This document shows positions 28,242-37,598 of a DNA stretch of 61,861 bases, one piece after another. The stretch spans positions 1 through 61,861 of IMG/VR virus record IMGVR_UViG_3300020405_000676; one strand, written 5' to 3'. The translations under genes were made by a program, and so were the position numbers. Source of the stretch: a virus (Duplodnaviria; Caudoviricetes). The notes beneath the pieces were generated by a model that ran no database searches, was not told the DNA's origin, and saw only the letters and a program-made list of their open reading frames with translations. Positions within the stretch are counted from its first letter, which is position 1; each line of letters starts with the position of its first letter.

Positions 28242-29369
28242 TTAAATACCTGCTAAATTCTTTAAGTTCTCTATCTCTACTGCTTCGTTGATTACTTTTG
28301 TAGGTATAAGCAACACGTCATCACTTGCGTTTTCTGAAAGTACAACTTTGTATCCTAAATCTTCCCAAGTCATGTTCCAATATTCTAACACTTTGTTCAT
28401 AAATTCAAAGGCTTCCATTCTCATTGCTCTTGCCTTTTGAACAAACTGTGAATACCATTGTGGGTTTGCTTTGTTTAATCCACTTGCTTTTAGCATAGGT
28501 CCCATAGCATCCACATACACATCAACATTTACATTCTTGGCTTGTTGTGCCTGTAAGTTTTTAAGCAATTCTTCTGCCGCGGCAATCTTATCATCTACTG
28601 ATGCAGATTTATCTAAGATTTTCTTTTTATGGATATCTAAATCAAATGCTTTAGCCATTCTATTTACATCTTTTCTAGGCTCTGCTACTTTAGGTCTCAT
28701 AGCACCTAAGGCTTTTGAACCTAATCTACCTAATGCCGCTCCGGCTACTGCACCTGCTTTTTCTGTGCCTGTTGCTTCTGGGTCTGCCATAGTCTTACTT
28801 GCTAAAGGTCCGCCCATTGCCTGAACTGCTCTGTCTTTCATTTTATCCATTGTGCTTTGTGTTGGTGCAACACCTTTTGCGATTGCCATTAAGTCTTGTG
28901 AAAGTTGGTCTTTGTCTCTAAGTGGATATGTGCCAGGCATATTTGTAATGCCAGGTGTTTGACCTTTTTCATCAGCAATATCTTTAAATGGCAAAAATTG
29001 TCCTGGTTCAGGTTTTTTACCTGTTTTGATATCTACATTTTGCCAAGCCCATTTACCTGACTTTTCATCTTGTTGATATTGATAAAACATTCCTGTTGGA
29101 TCTGCAACAACACCCATGTTAATTCCTTTCATTTGGGCTTTGTCTTGTGCATACTGACCTATTACGCCAGTCTTTTTAGCACCAGCCTGTCTGCCTGCAG
29201 TTTGTTTATCAATTTGTGCCTGCCTTCTTTTTTGTCTTGCCATGTCGGCAAATCTACCGGACGCCATTTGGTCACTAGGAAGGACACCACCTGCGTCGGC
29301 TACACCTTTTTTGTATTGGTTTACGGCATCACGAGCAGGATTTTCTAATATAATATCATTAATAATCAT
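28242..29369 (-). CDS. Hypothetical late protein
   Basis: MIINDIILE leader; C-terminal LKNLAGI. Confidence 0.75.
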   Translation of the reverse strand: MIINDIILENPARDAVNQYKKGVADAGGVLPSDQMASGRFADMARQKRRQAQIDKQTAGRQAGAKKTGVIGQYAQDKAQMKGINMGVVADPTGMFYQYQQDEKSGKWAWQNVDIKTGKKPEPGQFLPFKDIADEKGQTPGITNMPGTYPLRDKDQLSQDLMAIAKGVAPTQSTMDKMKDRAVQAMGGPLASKTMADPEATGTEKAGAVAGAALGRLGSKALGAMRPKVAEPRKDVNRMAKAFDLDIHKKKILDKSASVDDKIAAAEELLKNLQAQQAKNVNVDVYVDAMGPMLKASGLNKANPQWYSQFVQKARAMRMEAFEFMNKVLEYWNMTWEDLGYKVVLSENASDDVLLIPTKVINEAVEIENLKNLAGI

Positions 29370-29370
29370 T

Positions 29371-29628
29371 TTAATTCTCTTTATTTTCCAGTACTTTTTT
29401 TATACCTCTAGAGAATTTTTTAGCATCTCCACTTTTAATGCTGTTTATTAATCTACGTTCTAAATCCAATGCATCTTCTGGACTGTAGGATTCATGTAGT
29501 ATGTCTTTTAAATTTTGTACACTTGTTACAACATGTTGTACTCTATTTTCTAGAACATGGTGCTTATCTCTGTCGACAGAAATTTGCTGAAGTTCTTCTA
29601 AAATTGTTCTAGATTTTTTAATAGACAT
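29371..29628 (-). CDS. Hypothetical protein
   Basis: 85 aa; late box 29651-29658. Confidence 0.75.
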   Translation of the reverse strand: MSIKKSRTILEELQQISVDRDKHHVLENRVQHVVTSVQNLKDILHESYSPEDALDLERRLINSIKSGDAKKFSRGIKKVLENKEN

Positions 29629-29660
29629 ATTTTTAATTCCCTATATCTTGTATTTATCAA

Positions 29661-31043
29661 TTATAGGTCATTTTTTTTCATAAACTCACGCATGTTTAAT
29701 GCCTGATTTACAACTTCAGTAGATTCTGGTTCATCAGATTTAATAGAGTTACTTCTTTTTAGTTGGTCTAACAACCCACTAGATGTAACACTAATTGCTC
29801 CTTCATCATCTTCATCTAAATCTTCTACTCTAAGTGTATCAGGATTAAATTTCAAGTCTACTTTACTACCTACACCACTGCTAGAACGTGTTTTCATAAA
29901 CTGTATTTGATATCTGCCACGTTCTCTCATTGCATTGCTAGTAAAAATACCAATAACATTATCTGCTGTTTGTATTTTACTAATACCACCTGCTATATGA
30001 TGGTGGTCAAATTCTATTTCTTCTACTGCACCCCTGTTCAACTGCGATGCTGTTACAAACAATGTGTTTGTTTCCATTGCTAAGTTTCTTAATTCTTCAG
30101 ACACATACTTGTCTTTGATAAACAAATCACCTGGACTTACTCTTGCACTTATAGGACTCATTAAATCTAAGTAGTCTACAAGTATTGCATCAACTTTTAT
30201 GTCTGCGTTTATTTCATATTCTCTCACAAATGCTCTAATATCATTTGCATTTACACCATTAGGCATTTGTTTTACTCTAAACTTACCAGCACCTTTACCT
30301 TTCATACGCACTTTTAAATCAACATCATCCATGTTACGCATAATTTCTTTTGTGCTGTATTGACTTACCATTGCATCAAGACGCATACTAATAAGTTGTT
30401 CGCTCAATTCTAAACTAATGTAAACAACATTAAGTCCTGCTAAACTCCAATTCACACCTAAGTTCTGCAAGAATAAACTTTTACCTGCGCCACTACCACC
30501 AGCAAAGATTGTAATCTCTCCTTTGTTAAGTCCGCCATACAGTTTTTGGTCAATGTGTTTCCAGCCTGTGCTGACTGCACCTGCTTGGCTTTTTATGTGT
30601 TGTAATCTTTCTTTAGGATTTTCAAAATAATCCAATCCTAAATCTTTTACAAGACCTACTTGACTTGCTTCTTTGATTTTAGTTTCAACAGAACCATAAT
30701 CCTGTTTCTCTAATAAATCAGTGCTGTCAAGTATTGCTTTCTCCAATGCTTTGTGTCTACAAAATTGTTCAAATGTATCTAAGAACCATTCAATGTGATT
30801 GTCTGTCAATCCATCTATTCGTTCTAACTCTAAATTTGTTGTAGCACTTATTTGGTCTATTGTAGGAATACTGCTATAATCTGTTGCATGTTCTTTTAAA
30901 AACTTTACTGCACTTTGAAACTTCCTATTAAACATATATGGTTCAATAATATTGTTTACCCTAACAAATAGTTCAGGATCTGTAATTAAAAAATTTAAAA
31001 ACAGTTGTTGTATCTCTTCTGTATATTCTTGTATATTATCCAT
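29661..31043 (-). CDS. Replicative DnaB-like helicase (T4 gp41-like)
   Basis: GGSGAGKS Walker A, SLEL, VDYLDL, TASQLNR, KTR. Confidence 0.95.
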   Translation of the reverse strand: MDNIQEYTEEIQQLFLNFLITDPELFVRVNNIIEPYMFNRKFQSAVKFLKEHATDYSSIPTIDQISATTNLELERIDGLTDNHIEWFLDTFEQFCRHKALEKAILDSTDLLEKQDYGSVETKIKEASQVGLVKDLGLDYFENPKERLQHIKSQAGAVSTGWKHIDQKLYGGLNKGEITIFAGGSGAGKSLFLQNLGVNWSLAGLNVVYISLELSEQLISMRLDAMVSQYSTKEIMRNMDDVDLKVRMKGKGAGKFRVKQMPNGVNANDIRAFVREYEINADIKVDAILVDYLDLMSPISARVSPGDLFIKDKYVSEELRNLAMETNTLFVTASQLNRGAVEEIEFDHHHIAGGISKIQTADNVIGIFTSNAMRERGRYQIQFMKTRSSSGVGSKVDLKFNPDTLRVEDLDEDDEGAISVTSSGLLDQLKRSNSIKSDEPESTEVVNQALNMREFMKKNDL

Positions 31044-31797
31044 ATAGTTTATTTAACTCACTTTGTACGTGATTGTATATTAATTTATGACCTTTTTCGT
31101 TTGGATGACCATCGTTTTGGCTAACGACATTCTGGTTCATCATGTGTGTCATAGGTGTTTTAGTCCATTTAGTTAGATCCATTTGGTTAAAAAGGCTTTT
31201 TTCAAAATCAGTTAAAGCAATCTCTAAGTCAAATGTATAGTTATTTTTCATATTAGGCAAATGATTTTCAAAAGACATACTAGTAAAAATATAGTCTATG
31301 TTTTTTGTTTCTAATAAATTTTGCAAGGACAGAACATTTTTAAAATAGTCTGTTCTATAGTCTTGCAAAGTTTTTGCATATAACACATCATAATTCAGCC
31401 CTTCACTAATTTTTTCATATGACTTGAGAATACTTTTCATTTTAGGATTATCTCTGTTCATATGTTCATAATTATCTGTGTGATATCCATAAAGGTTTTC
31501 GCCATCTTGGCAAAAGTTTACCCAATTTTTTATTCTGTCTGAATACCTTTCTTTTCTATGTATTGCTGTCCATTGTATAATAACTAAGTCATAAAAATTT
31601 TTATCTAGTTCTTCTACACTTGTTCTAAAAATTTTATCATTGCTATTTCCACCTATAGCAATATTGTTTACAGTATGTTGTTCTTCGAAATGGCTTGCCC
31701 AAGTTTTTTGACCATTGTTTGTAATCATACTTGTAAATTCATCGTGTATTACTTCTGAACCTCCTGTAAAACTACATCCGTTAATTAATATGTTCAT
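31036..31797 (-). CDS. SGNH-hydrolase-like protein
   Basis: NGCSFTGG, NIAIGGNSN, DGHPNEKGH. Confidence 0.7.
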   Translation of the reverse strand: MNILINGCSFTGGSEVIHDEFTSMITNNGQKTWASHFEEQHTVNNIAIGGNSNDKIFRTSVEELDKNFYDLVIIQWTAIHRKERYSDRIKNWVNFCQDGENLYGYHTDNYEHMNRDNPKMKSILKSYEKISEGLNYDVLYAKTLQDYRTDYFKNVLSLQNLLETKNIDYIFTSMSFENHLPNMKNNYTFDLEIALTDFEKSLFNQMDLTKWTKTPMTHMMNQNVVSQNDGHPNEKGHKLIYNHVQSELNKLYG

Positions 31798-32771
31798 AAC
31801 ATTTTAGCCTGTACTTGTATTTTTATTTTATTATCTGTTGCATATTTAATTATGCTATTTACAGTTAATAGTCTACCATAATGCTCTACTGCATCAGCGG
31901 CATCTTTGATACCATCTTTCCAAGGAGGAAAACTAACTTCCCATCCTAGTTCAATTGCTTTGTCAATTAAATCCTTACCTGCTTCATCTCTGTCAGGACA
32001 TAATATAACACGTTTGTTTAATTTGTCAATTAAATGTGCTTGTTCTGGAGTTACTCCATTTCCTAATACACTAACACCATCTATAAGTATTGCATCAAAT
32101 ACTCCTTCTGTAACAATTACAAAATCTCTTTCACTGTTTACAAACCTGTCAATGTTAAACACATATCCACTTTGTTGATTTTTTAGATACTTAGCAGTTT
32201 CTTTGTTTGGTGGATTTACATGTCTACCTGTCCACCCTACAAGTTTATTGTTATACAAAAACGGAACTACTAATCTAGCATTATACATGCTGTCTCCAAA
32301 ATGCATCAAAGGAAACTTTCCTAATAGTCCACGTTCTATTGCATATTGTTTTACTTTGTGATTGTCATCTAAGTCTTCGACTAAACTGCAATCATCTGGC
32401 AAATCAACTTGTTTGAAATCTGCCGCACTATAGACATAATCATCTACTTCTTCTATTTCTAATACTTCGCCATACTTCATTAGATTAAGAACAACTGAGT
32501 GTATATCTTTTGCACCAACACCCAATGCTTCTGCTAATGCTTTGTATTTTTGCCCTAGTCTAGGACTTGGAGACCAGCCTGTTGTAAAGTTACAATTAAA
32601 GCAATGATAACTTATTTTACTATTTGACTGTATTACGCCACCACGTTTACGTTTATCACTACACATGGGACAATTGAATGTAGTCCAACCACTAGGAGTT
32701 TTGCCACTACTTATAGGCAAATTATCCATTAGTAATCTATGTACTTGGTCAACTAATTCATGATGATGCAT
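31794..32771 (-). CDS. DNA primase (zinc finger + TOPRIM)
   Basis: CPMC...HCFNC; TEGVFDA; PDRDEAG; KDAAD. Confidence 0.9.
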   Translation of the reverse strand: MHHHELVDQVHRLLMDNLPISSGKTPSGWTTFNCPMCSDKRKRGGVIQSNSKISYHCFNCNFTTGWSPSPRLGQKYKALAEALGVGAKDIHSVVLNLMKYGEVLEIEEVDDYVYSAADFKQVDLPDDCSLVEDLDDNHKVKQYAIERGLLGKFPLMHFGDSMYNARLVVPFLYNNKLVGWTGRHVNPPNKETAKYLKNQQSGYVFNIDRFVNSERDFVIVTEGVFDAILIDGVSVLGNGVTPEQAHLIDKLNKRVILCPDRDEAGKDLIDKAIELGWEVSFPPWKDGIKDAADAVEHYGRLLTVNSIIKYATDNKIKIQVQAKML

Positions 32772-32777
32772 AAATTT

Positions 32778-32805
32778 ATTATAACATCTTGGACATAAAA
32801 GTCAA
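32778..32805 (-). promoter_or_regulatory. Sigma70-type promoter, probably giving a leaderless primase mRNA
   Basis: TTGACT-N16-TATAAT, 6 nt before the ATG, no SD. Confidence 0.65.
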
Positions 32806-33636
32806 CTAGTTTCTGAGTAAAACTTTGTCTACAGAACCTGATGTTTTATCAAATTTTACTCTTAACCAATTAGTGTTGATAACAAAGTTAAAAGGATCTA
32901 TGCCATTGTATGCTGTACTGTAAGGTACTGCGGCTGTTCCAGCATCTCCTTGTACGTTTATATCATACCAATCTGACTCTTGTGTAGGTGCTGATTCTAA
33001 TGCACTTCCTTGCATAGTAATATTGCCTACAAAGTCTGTCATATAAAATGCTACAGTATGTCTACTGTGCCTAAAGTTTTTGTCTTGGTTTCCGTACAAT
33101 GAAGATGATACAAATGTGTTTGCGGCATCTCCTAATTCTGTGTTACCTGTTTGAGTAAATGTTGTTGCACTTTGTGATGCAATAGGTTCATACTCTAAAC
33201 TGCTTCTGACTTCTAAATCTGTGATAATTCTATCATTTTGATTTGCATATAAAGGATTTTGAGACACACCACTATCAGAACTTTCTGTAATTGAAATATG
33301 ATAAAATCCAGGATTTAAATCTGTTAGGTCTCCAACAGTTAAATCTAACCTTGCTTCTCCTGATGTACCACTGTTTACTAAACTAAGTGGTTTGAAAACT
33401 ACTCTTCTGCTTGTGTTAGGATTTATAATACTTGCATATAGTGTTTTAGTGCTAAGATTTTGTAAAACTCTATCTCTATTTCTTACATAAAAGTTTAATT
33501 GATTTGTCAATCCTTTATGTACAACTAATTTTGTTTGATTCATTGGTCTATTATCCACGTTTATACCGTCCGAACTTAGAACTAAATCCACGGACTGGTT
33601 TCCTAAAATATAAATTGTATGTGCATTTCCTGACAT
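32806..33636 (-). CDS. Putative virion structural protein
   Basis: Beta-rich composition; late box 33660-33667. Confidence 0.55.
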   Translation of the reverse strand: MSGNAHTIYILGNQSVDLVLSSDGINVDNRPMNQTKLVVHKGLTNQLNFYVRNRDRVLQNLSTKTLYASIINPNTSRRVVFKPLSLVNSGTSGEARLDLTVGDLTDLNPGFYHISITESSDSGVSQNPLYANQNDRIITDLEVRSSLEYEPIASQSATTFTQTGNTELGDAANTFVSSSLYGNQDKNFRHSRHTVAFYMTDFVGNITMQGSALESAPTQESDWYDINVQGDAGTAAVPYSTAYNGIDPFNFVINTNWLRVKFDKTSGSVDKVLLRN

Positions 33637-33690
33637 ATTCTATACCATTATTATTACAGTATTTATCTATATGAACTATAAATATCATTG

Positions 33691-34062
33691 ATGACTAAAG
33701 AAGAAGAACTCCAAGAGAAGTTTCCATTTTTAACTGGATTGTTGTTTGGCGAAAAAGAATTTGTAGGAATAGTTCAAAATCAAGACAAACAAATCATAAG
33801 TTTTTATGATATAGAAGGTTGTAAATCGGAAGAACACAAAAAATTAATGCTAGAGTATGGCGATTTATGGTGGTGGGAAAGCAATAGACAACTCCCTATA
33901 GACATTTTTTTATATCATGAAATGCAAGACTTACAATATACATTAAGAACGTTTATGTTAAAAGAAACAGAAGTATTATTTGGTCCTGTAACCAGTATGC
34001 AAAACATACTTAAAAAGAGAATAAAAAGAAGAAGTATCCAGTTGGTCAAAAAGGCAGACTAA
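33691..34062 (+). CDS. Hypothetical protein
   Basis: TATAAATA at 33677-33684, 6 nt before the ATG; fills the gap, convergent with mini-DnaE. Confidence 0.75.
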   Translation: MTKEEELQEKFPFLTGLLFGEKEFVGIVQNQDKQIISFYDIEGCKSEEHKKLMLEYGDLWWWESNRQLPIDIFLYHEMQDLQYTLRTFMLKETEVLFGPVTSMQNILKKRIKRRSIQLVKKAD

Positions 34063-34625
34063 ACCTTATCAACCAAAAGATTCAATTGAACAAGAATAAC
34101 CATTGCATAACCTATTGCATGGCTTCTCTTGAAAAAGTAGTCATCAGTCTTTTCCCATACTTCTTTTTCAATTACTTCCCAACTGTTTCCTACTAGATAT
34201 CTTTTACCTGGTCTAATCATTGCAAGTATCATTGCTAATTGTTCTACAGTTTTAGGTGGATGTTGTTTGATAATATCAAAATGATTACCTATATGAAATA
34301 GTTTTTCAACAACTTCTTTATGTTCAAACAATTCCCACATAGGTTCTTGTGCAAGTAATCTATCCAAATGTGCTTCACTTTCAATTTCAGAGTAAACACT
34401 ATTATTAAGAAAGTCTACTTTAAAATATCCCATCTCTTCTGCTTCTTTGTGGTCTATTGTGCTGAACTCTTCTAAAGGAAAAGAAGGAATAGGCTGAAAA
34501 TATACACCTGTGTTATGCTTTTCAAATGCATCTTCTCTTTTGATGCTGGCAGAAATATGGTCAACAAGATTTAAGAACTTGTCTCTATCTGCCATATCTA
34601 TATCAACATCAAAATTAATTTTCAT
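34059..34625 (-). CDS. Miniature DNA polymerase III alpha (DnaE/family C) catalytic-core-like protein
   Basis: DVDID, KHNTGVY, GYFKVDFL, LAMIRPG, YFFKRSHAIGY mirror DnaE motifs. Confidence 0.75.
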   Translation of the reverse strand: MKINFDVDIDMADRDKFLNLVDHISASIKREDAFEKHNTGVYFQPIPSFPLEEFSTIDHKEAEEMGYFKVDFLNNSVYSEIESEAHLDRLLAQEPMWELFEHKEVVEKLFHIGNHFDIIKQHPPKTVEQLAMILAMIRPGKRYLVGNSWEVIEKEVWEKTDDYFFKRSHAIGYAMVILVQLNLLVDKV

Positions 34626-34891
34626 TATTTGCCTTTAATTTTATCTAACATTATTTGTGCATTATAACATTCTTTTAGAGGATTGTCATCCTCTAAATCT
34701 TCTATTACTTTTAATAATGCTTCTAGTTTGTTAATTTTTTCTTTTGTAAGAACTGTTGGTTCTGGAATAACATCTGTAGTGATAGTTAAGGTTGTATCAT
34801 CTAATGTAAATGAATCCATTGTATAATCTGTAATTGTGATTGTGTCTGTTCCATCAATAGAAATATAATTTGTATCATTCATGTTCGTCAT
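34625..34891 (-). CDS. Hypothetical protein
   Basis: 88 aa, coupled to neighbours. Confidence 0.65.
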   Translation of the reverse strand: MTNMNDTNYISIDGTDTITITDYTMDSFTLDDTTLTITTDVIPEPTVLTKEKINKLEALLKVIEDLEDDNPLKECYNAQIMLDKIKGK

Positions 34892-35135
34892 CGAAAAGTA
34901 TGCTCCATTTCATAAGTTTTTGTTTCTTTTCTTCCATTCTATCTGCAATTTGTTCATCAGTAACTAAACCACTAATTTTCATAATCTCAATCATGGTCAT
35001 AACGTCACCTACTTCATCTTGTAAATCTCGCAGATATTTTGTTTTGCCTTTACTACGAATCATTTTACTACATGCTTGAATTAATTCTCCACATTCTTCC
35101 ATAGTAATGACTAACATTTCTTCACGTTTTTTCAT
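34875..35135 (-). CDS. MazG-like nucleotide pyrophosphohydrolase
   Basis: EECGEL...DEVGDV. Confidence 0.75.
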   Translation of the reverse strand: MKKREEMLVITMEECGELIQACSKMIRSKGKTKYLRDLQDEVGDVMTMIEIMKISGLVTDEQIADRMEEKKQKLMKWSILFDDEHE

Positions 35136-35239
35136 AATGTAACTAATACTCCTAGAGGAATGCCAATACTAAGACAAAATAGTATAAAACAAATTGCATA
35201 GTAAAATCCTCCTATTGTGAGATATAAAAAATCTCTCAT
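35132..35239 (-). CDS. 35-aa hydrophobic membrane peptide
   Basis: MRDFLYLTIGGFYYAICFILFCLSIGIPLGVLVTL; ATGA overlaps at both ends; not in the ORF track. Confidence 0.65.
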   Translation of the reverse strand: MRDFLYLTIGGFYYAICFILFCLSIGIPLGVLVTL

Positions 35240-35940
35240 ATTTCTTTTCCTTTAAATTCTTCTGCAAGTGGAAATATATTAGCAATAACATCTGCTACTG
35301 CATGAGCAATTTTAATATGCTCTTTTTGTGTACCATTAGCACCACGTAATTCAATGTAGTGAATCCAACTACGCAACGTACCGTTCACATACATGCGGCT
35401 TACAGTATTGCCTTCAGGTAGTACTGCTCTTGCTTGTTCTTTGGCAATACCGTTACTTACAGCCCATTTGTATGCTTCTGTGGCGGCGTCTATAACTGCT
35501 CGTTGTTTGTCGTGCCACTTCTCTGCTAACAATTCGTGTTGTGTTTTGTTACCGCCTTTGCCCATATCAGCCAAGTCTAACTCAATGCTGTTTTGTCTGT
35601 TTTTAGGGTCTTGCAGTCTTGCTTCTCTAAATTCAAAACTTAGATCCTGTGTAGGGTCTGCATAACGTTGACTAAACTCTTGGAAACTAAAACTTCTATG
35701 TCTTAGAATCTGTCTAGCAATGTCTCTGGTTGTTTCAATTTCCAAACATGCACTCACCATTTCAAGTGGGCTCCAATGTTTGTGTTTCATCAAATACTTC
35801 ACAAGTTTTTCACTTGTTTCTTTATTATTCTGATTATCAGGATTACTTACCCTGGCACAATATGCCACTAGATCCAATGCCGATTCACTTCGACCAGGAA
35901 ATTGTGGTGATTGACTATAACTGATAATTTTTACGTTCAT
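35236..35940 (-). CDS. thyX: Flavin-dependent thymidylate synthase
   Basis: HWSPLE, RQILRHRSFSFQEFSQRY, EQARAVLP, TQKEH. Confidence 0.97.
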   Translation of the reverse strand: MNVKIISYSQSPQFPGRSESALDLVAYCARVSNPDNQNNKETSEKLVKYLMKHKHWSPLEMVSACLEIETTRDIARQILRHRSFSFQEFSQRYADPTQDLSFEFREARLQDPKNRQNSIELDLADMGKGGNKTQHELLAEKWHDKQRAVIDAATEAYKWAVSNGIAKEQARAVLPEGNTVSRMYVNGTLRSWIHYIELRGANGTQKEHIKIAHAVADVIANIFPLAEEFKGKEI

Positions 35941-36611
35941 ATTTTTGCATCCTTACATGCTTGTTTGATTTCATTTACTTCTTCTTTATTAGCAGAAAAC
36001 AACTTTAGCCAAAATGGAGGCTCAATGATATCTTCTATCATTTTTACTTGTTCACTGTTAAATCTTTTTAATAAATTATCACCTGTACTGCTAAGATATA
36101 ATATCCAAGGACTTACTTTTGCACTTCTTAAATCATGTACTGCTCTTGAGGGCGAAACTTCTGTAAAGTAATTCTGCCAATCTGTTTCATTTTCTTTTCC
36201 CCATCCTGCAAGATATATTACAGTTCTTTCTAATGCTTTAAGACCAGGTTCTTTTCTAACATATTCTTTTAAATATTTGTCATACTGTTTATCTGTTGCC
36301 CATTGTTTAAGTTTTACACCTGTTCTAATCAAATGCTCTGTGTAACGTTCTGGTTCAAGCCATTCATTTACTTGACATGCTCTACCATATTTTACAAATG
36401 CTTCATAGTATTGACTTTTTATAAACTCTTCCATAGTCTTAGGATTTTTAGCAGTAGTGTTTATTTCATAAAACATTTGGAAGGCTCTATGTGCTAAACG
36501 TATGTGGCTCATTTCTCTATCTGCCCAACGTCTTTTCTTTACGCACATATGGGCCGCAAGAGTTCTTTCGCTCATAAAACTTTTACCGCACCATTTACAA
36601 TCCAAACTCAT
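35937..36611 (-). CDS. C2H/C zinc-finger-containing conserved protein
   Basis: CKWCGKSF...HMC. Confidence 0.7.
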   Translation of the reverse strand: MSLDCKWCGKSFMSERTLAAHMCVKKRRWADREMSHIRLAHRAFQMFYEINTTAKNPKTMEEFIKSQYYEAFVKYGRACQVNEWLEPERYTEHLIRTGVKLKQWATDKQYDKYLKEYVRKEPGLKALERTVIYLAGWGKENETDWQNYFTEVSPSRAVHDLRSAKVSPWILYLSSTGDNLLKRFNSEQVKMIEDIIEPPFWLKLFSANKEEVNEIKQACKDAKI

Positions 36612-37075
36612 TTCTTAAATATTTCCTTTACTTCTTTATCATCATAACCATTAGCAAGTGCAAGTTCTTTCAAAGATTCATCATCGTTCAAACTTAAAAA
36701 TAATTCAATTTCATCTGCTTTTAAATGAGGAAGAACACTACTGACAAAGTCTCCTCTTTTACTTTTCTTTTTTCTACTGTTTGGTGGTTTTATATATGGG
36801 TGGTGTTGCACTTTACCACTGCCAGCCGCAGTCATTAATAACCATTGTAGTTCAGGATGTTTGCTAACATCAGTAAACTTATGATTTACTAATTCATTTA
36901 CCATCCAAACATAATCAGGTGCTGACTTTCCTTGTACACTACTAGCATATCTCATCATCATCCAAGGACTAAATGCTTTCTTTTGTTCAGCATTTAATTT
37001 GTTATACCAGTCTCTATCCTTTTTATCGATAGCCTTCATAACTTCTGCTAGTGGTATCTGTGGTTTTTTAGGCAC
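36608..37075 (-). CDS. Putative clamp-loader small subunit (gp62-like)
   Basis: Size and FSPWMMMRYAS...VN...HPELQW pattern recall gp62; replication context; GTG start assumed. Confidence 0.5.
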   Translation of the reverse strand: MPKKPQIPLAEVMKAIDKKDRDWYNKLNAEQKKAFSPWMMMRYASSVQGKSAPDYVWMVNELVNHKFTDVSKHPELQWLLMTAAGSGKVQHHPYIKPPNSRKKKSKRGDFVSSVLPHLKADEIELFLSLNDDESLKELALANGYDDKEVKEIFKK

Positions 37076-37598
37076 CAAGTATCTCCATATAGTGCGGTTC
37101 TCCGTCTGCTACAGTCTCATGCCATTCTTTGCTGGCATTTTCATTTGCACTATCACTTATATATTTAAAACACTTAAAGTTTACATTGTGGTATTGGCAA
37201 GCCTTTGCAATAGCATAAGCCTCCATGTCTACCACATCAGCGACAATATCCAATAAGGAAGTATCAGTAACAAAATTATCACCAGTGCTACAACACATAC
37301 CATTATCTTCTCCAAAATTTATTACAATGTCTTTTTCAAAAGGTGTTTGTCCAACTTCAAAACCCATCTCACAACACTTCATATCACGTTGTACAAAGTT
37401 TGTTATTTCGTGTATTCCACTTTCAACTGTTATGCCACCTGCTGTACCAAAGTTCCATACTGTAGATGGTTTATATTTTTCTATAAGTGCTGATGCTTTT
37501 ATGGCGGCATTTACTTTTCCCACACCAGTAAAAAACACATTGTCCCATTTAGACATGTTAGGTGCTTCTTCTTTTAATGCAATTAAAATGATGTCCAT
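37068..37598 (-). CDS. MTA/SAH nucleosidase-like protein (PNP/UDP family)
   Basis: TGVGKVNAA, NFGTAGG, STGDNF, DMEAYAIA, KYISD. Confidence 0.88.
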   Translation of the reverse strand: MDIILIALKEEAPNMSKWDNVFFTGVGKVNAAIKASALIEKYKPSTVWNFGTAGGITVESGIHEITNFVQRDMKCCEMGFEVGQTPFEKDIVINFGEDNGMCCSTGDNFVTDTSLLDIVADVVDMEAYAIAKACQYHNVNFKCFKYISDSANENASKEWHETVADGEPHYMEILGA

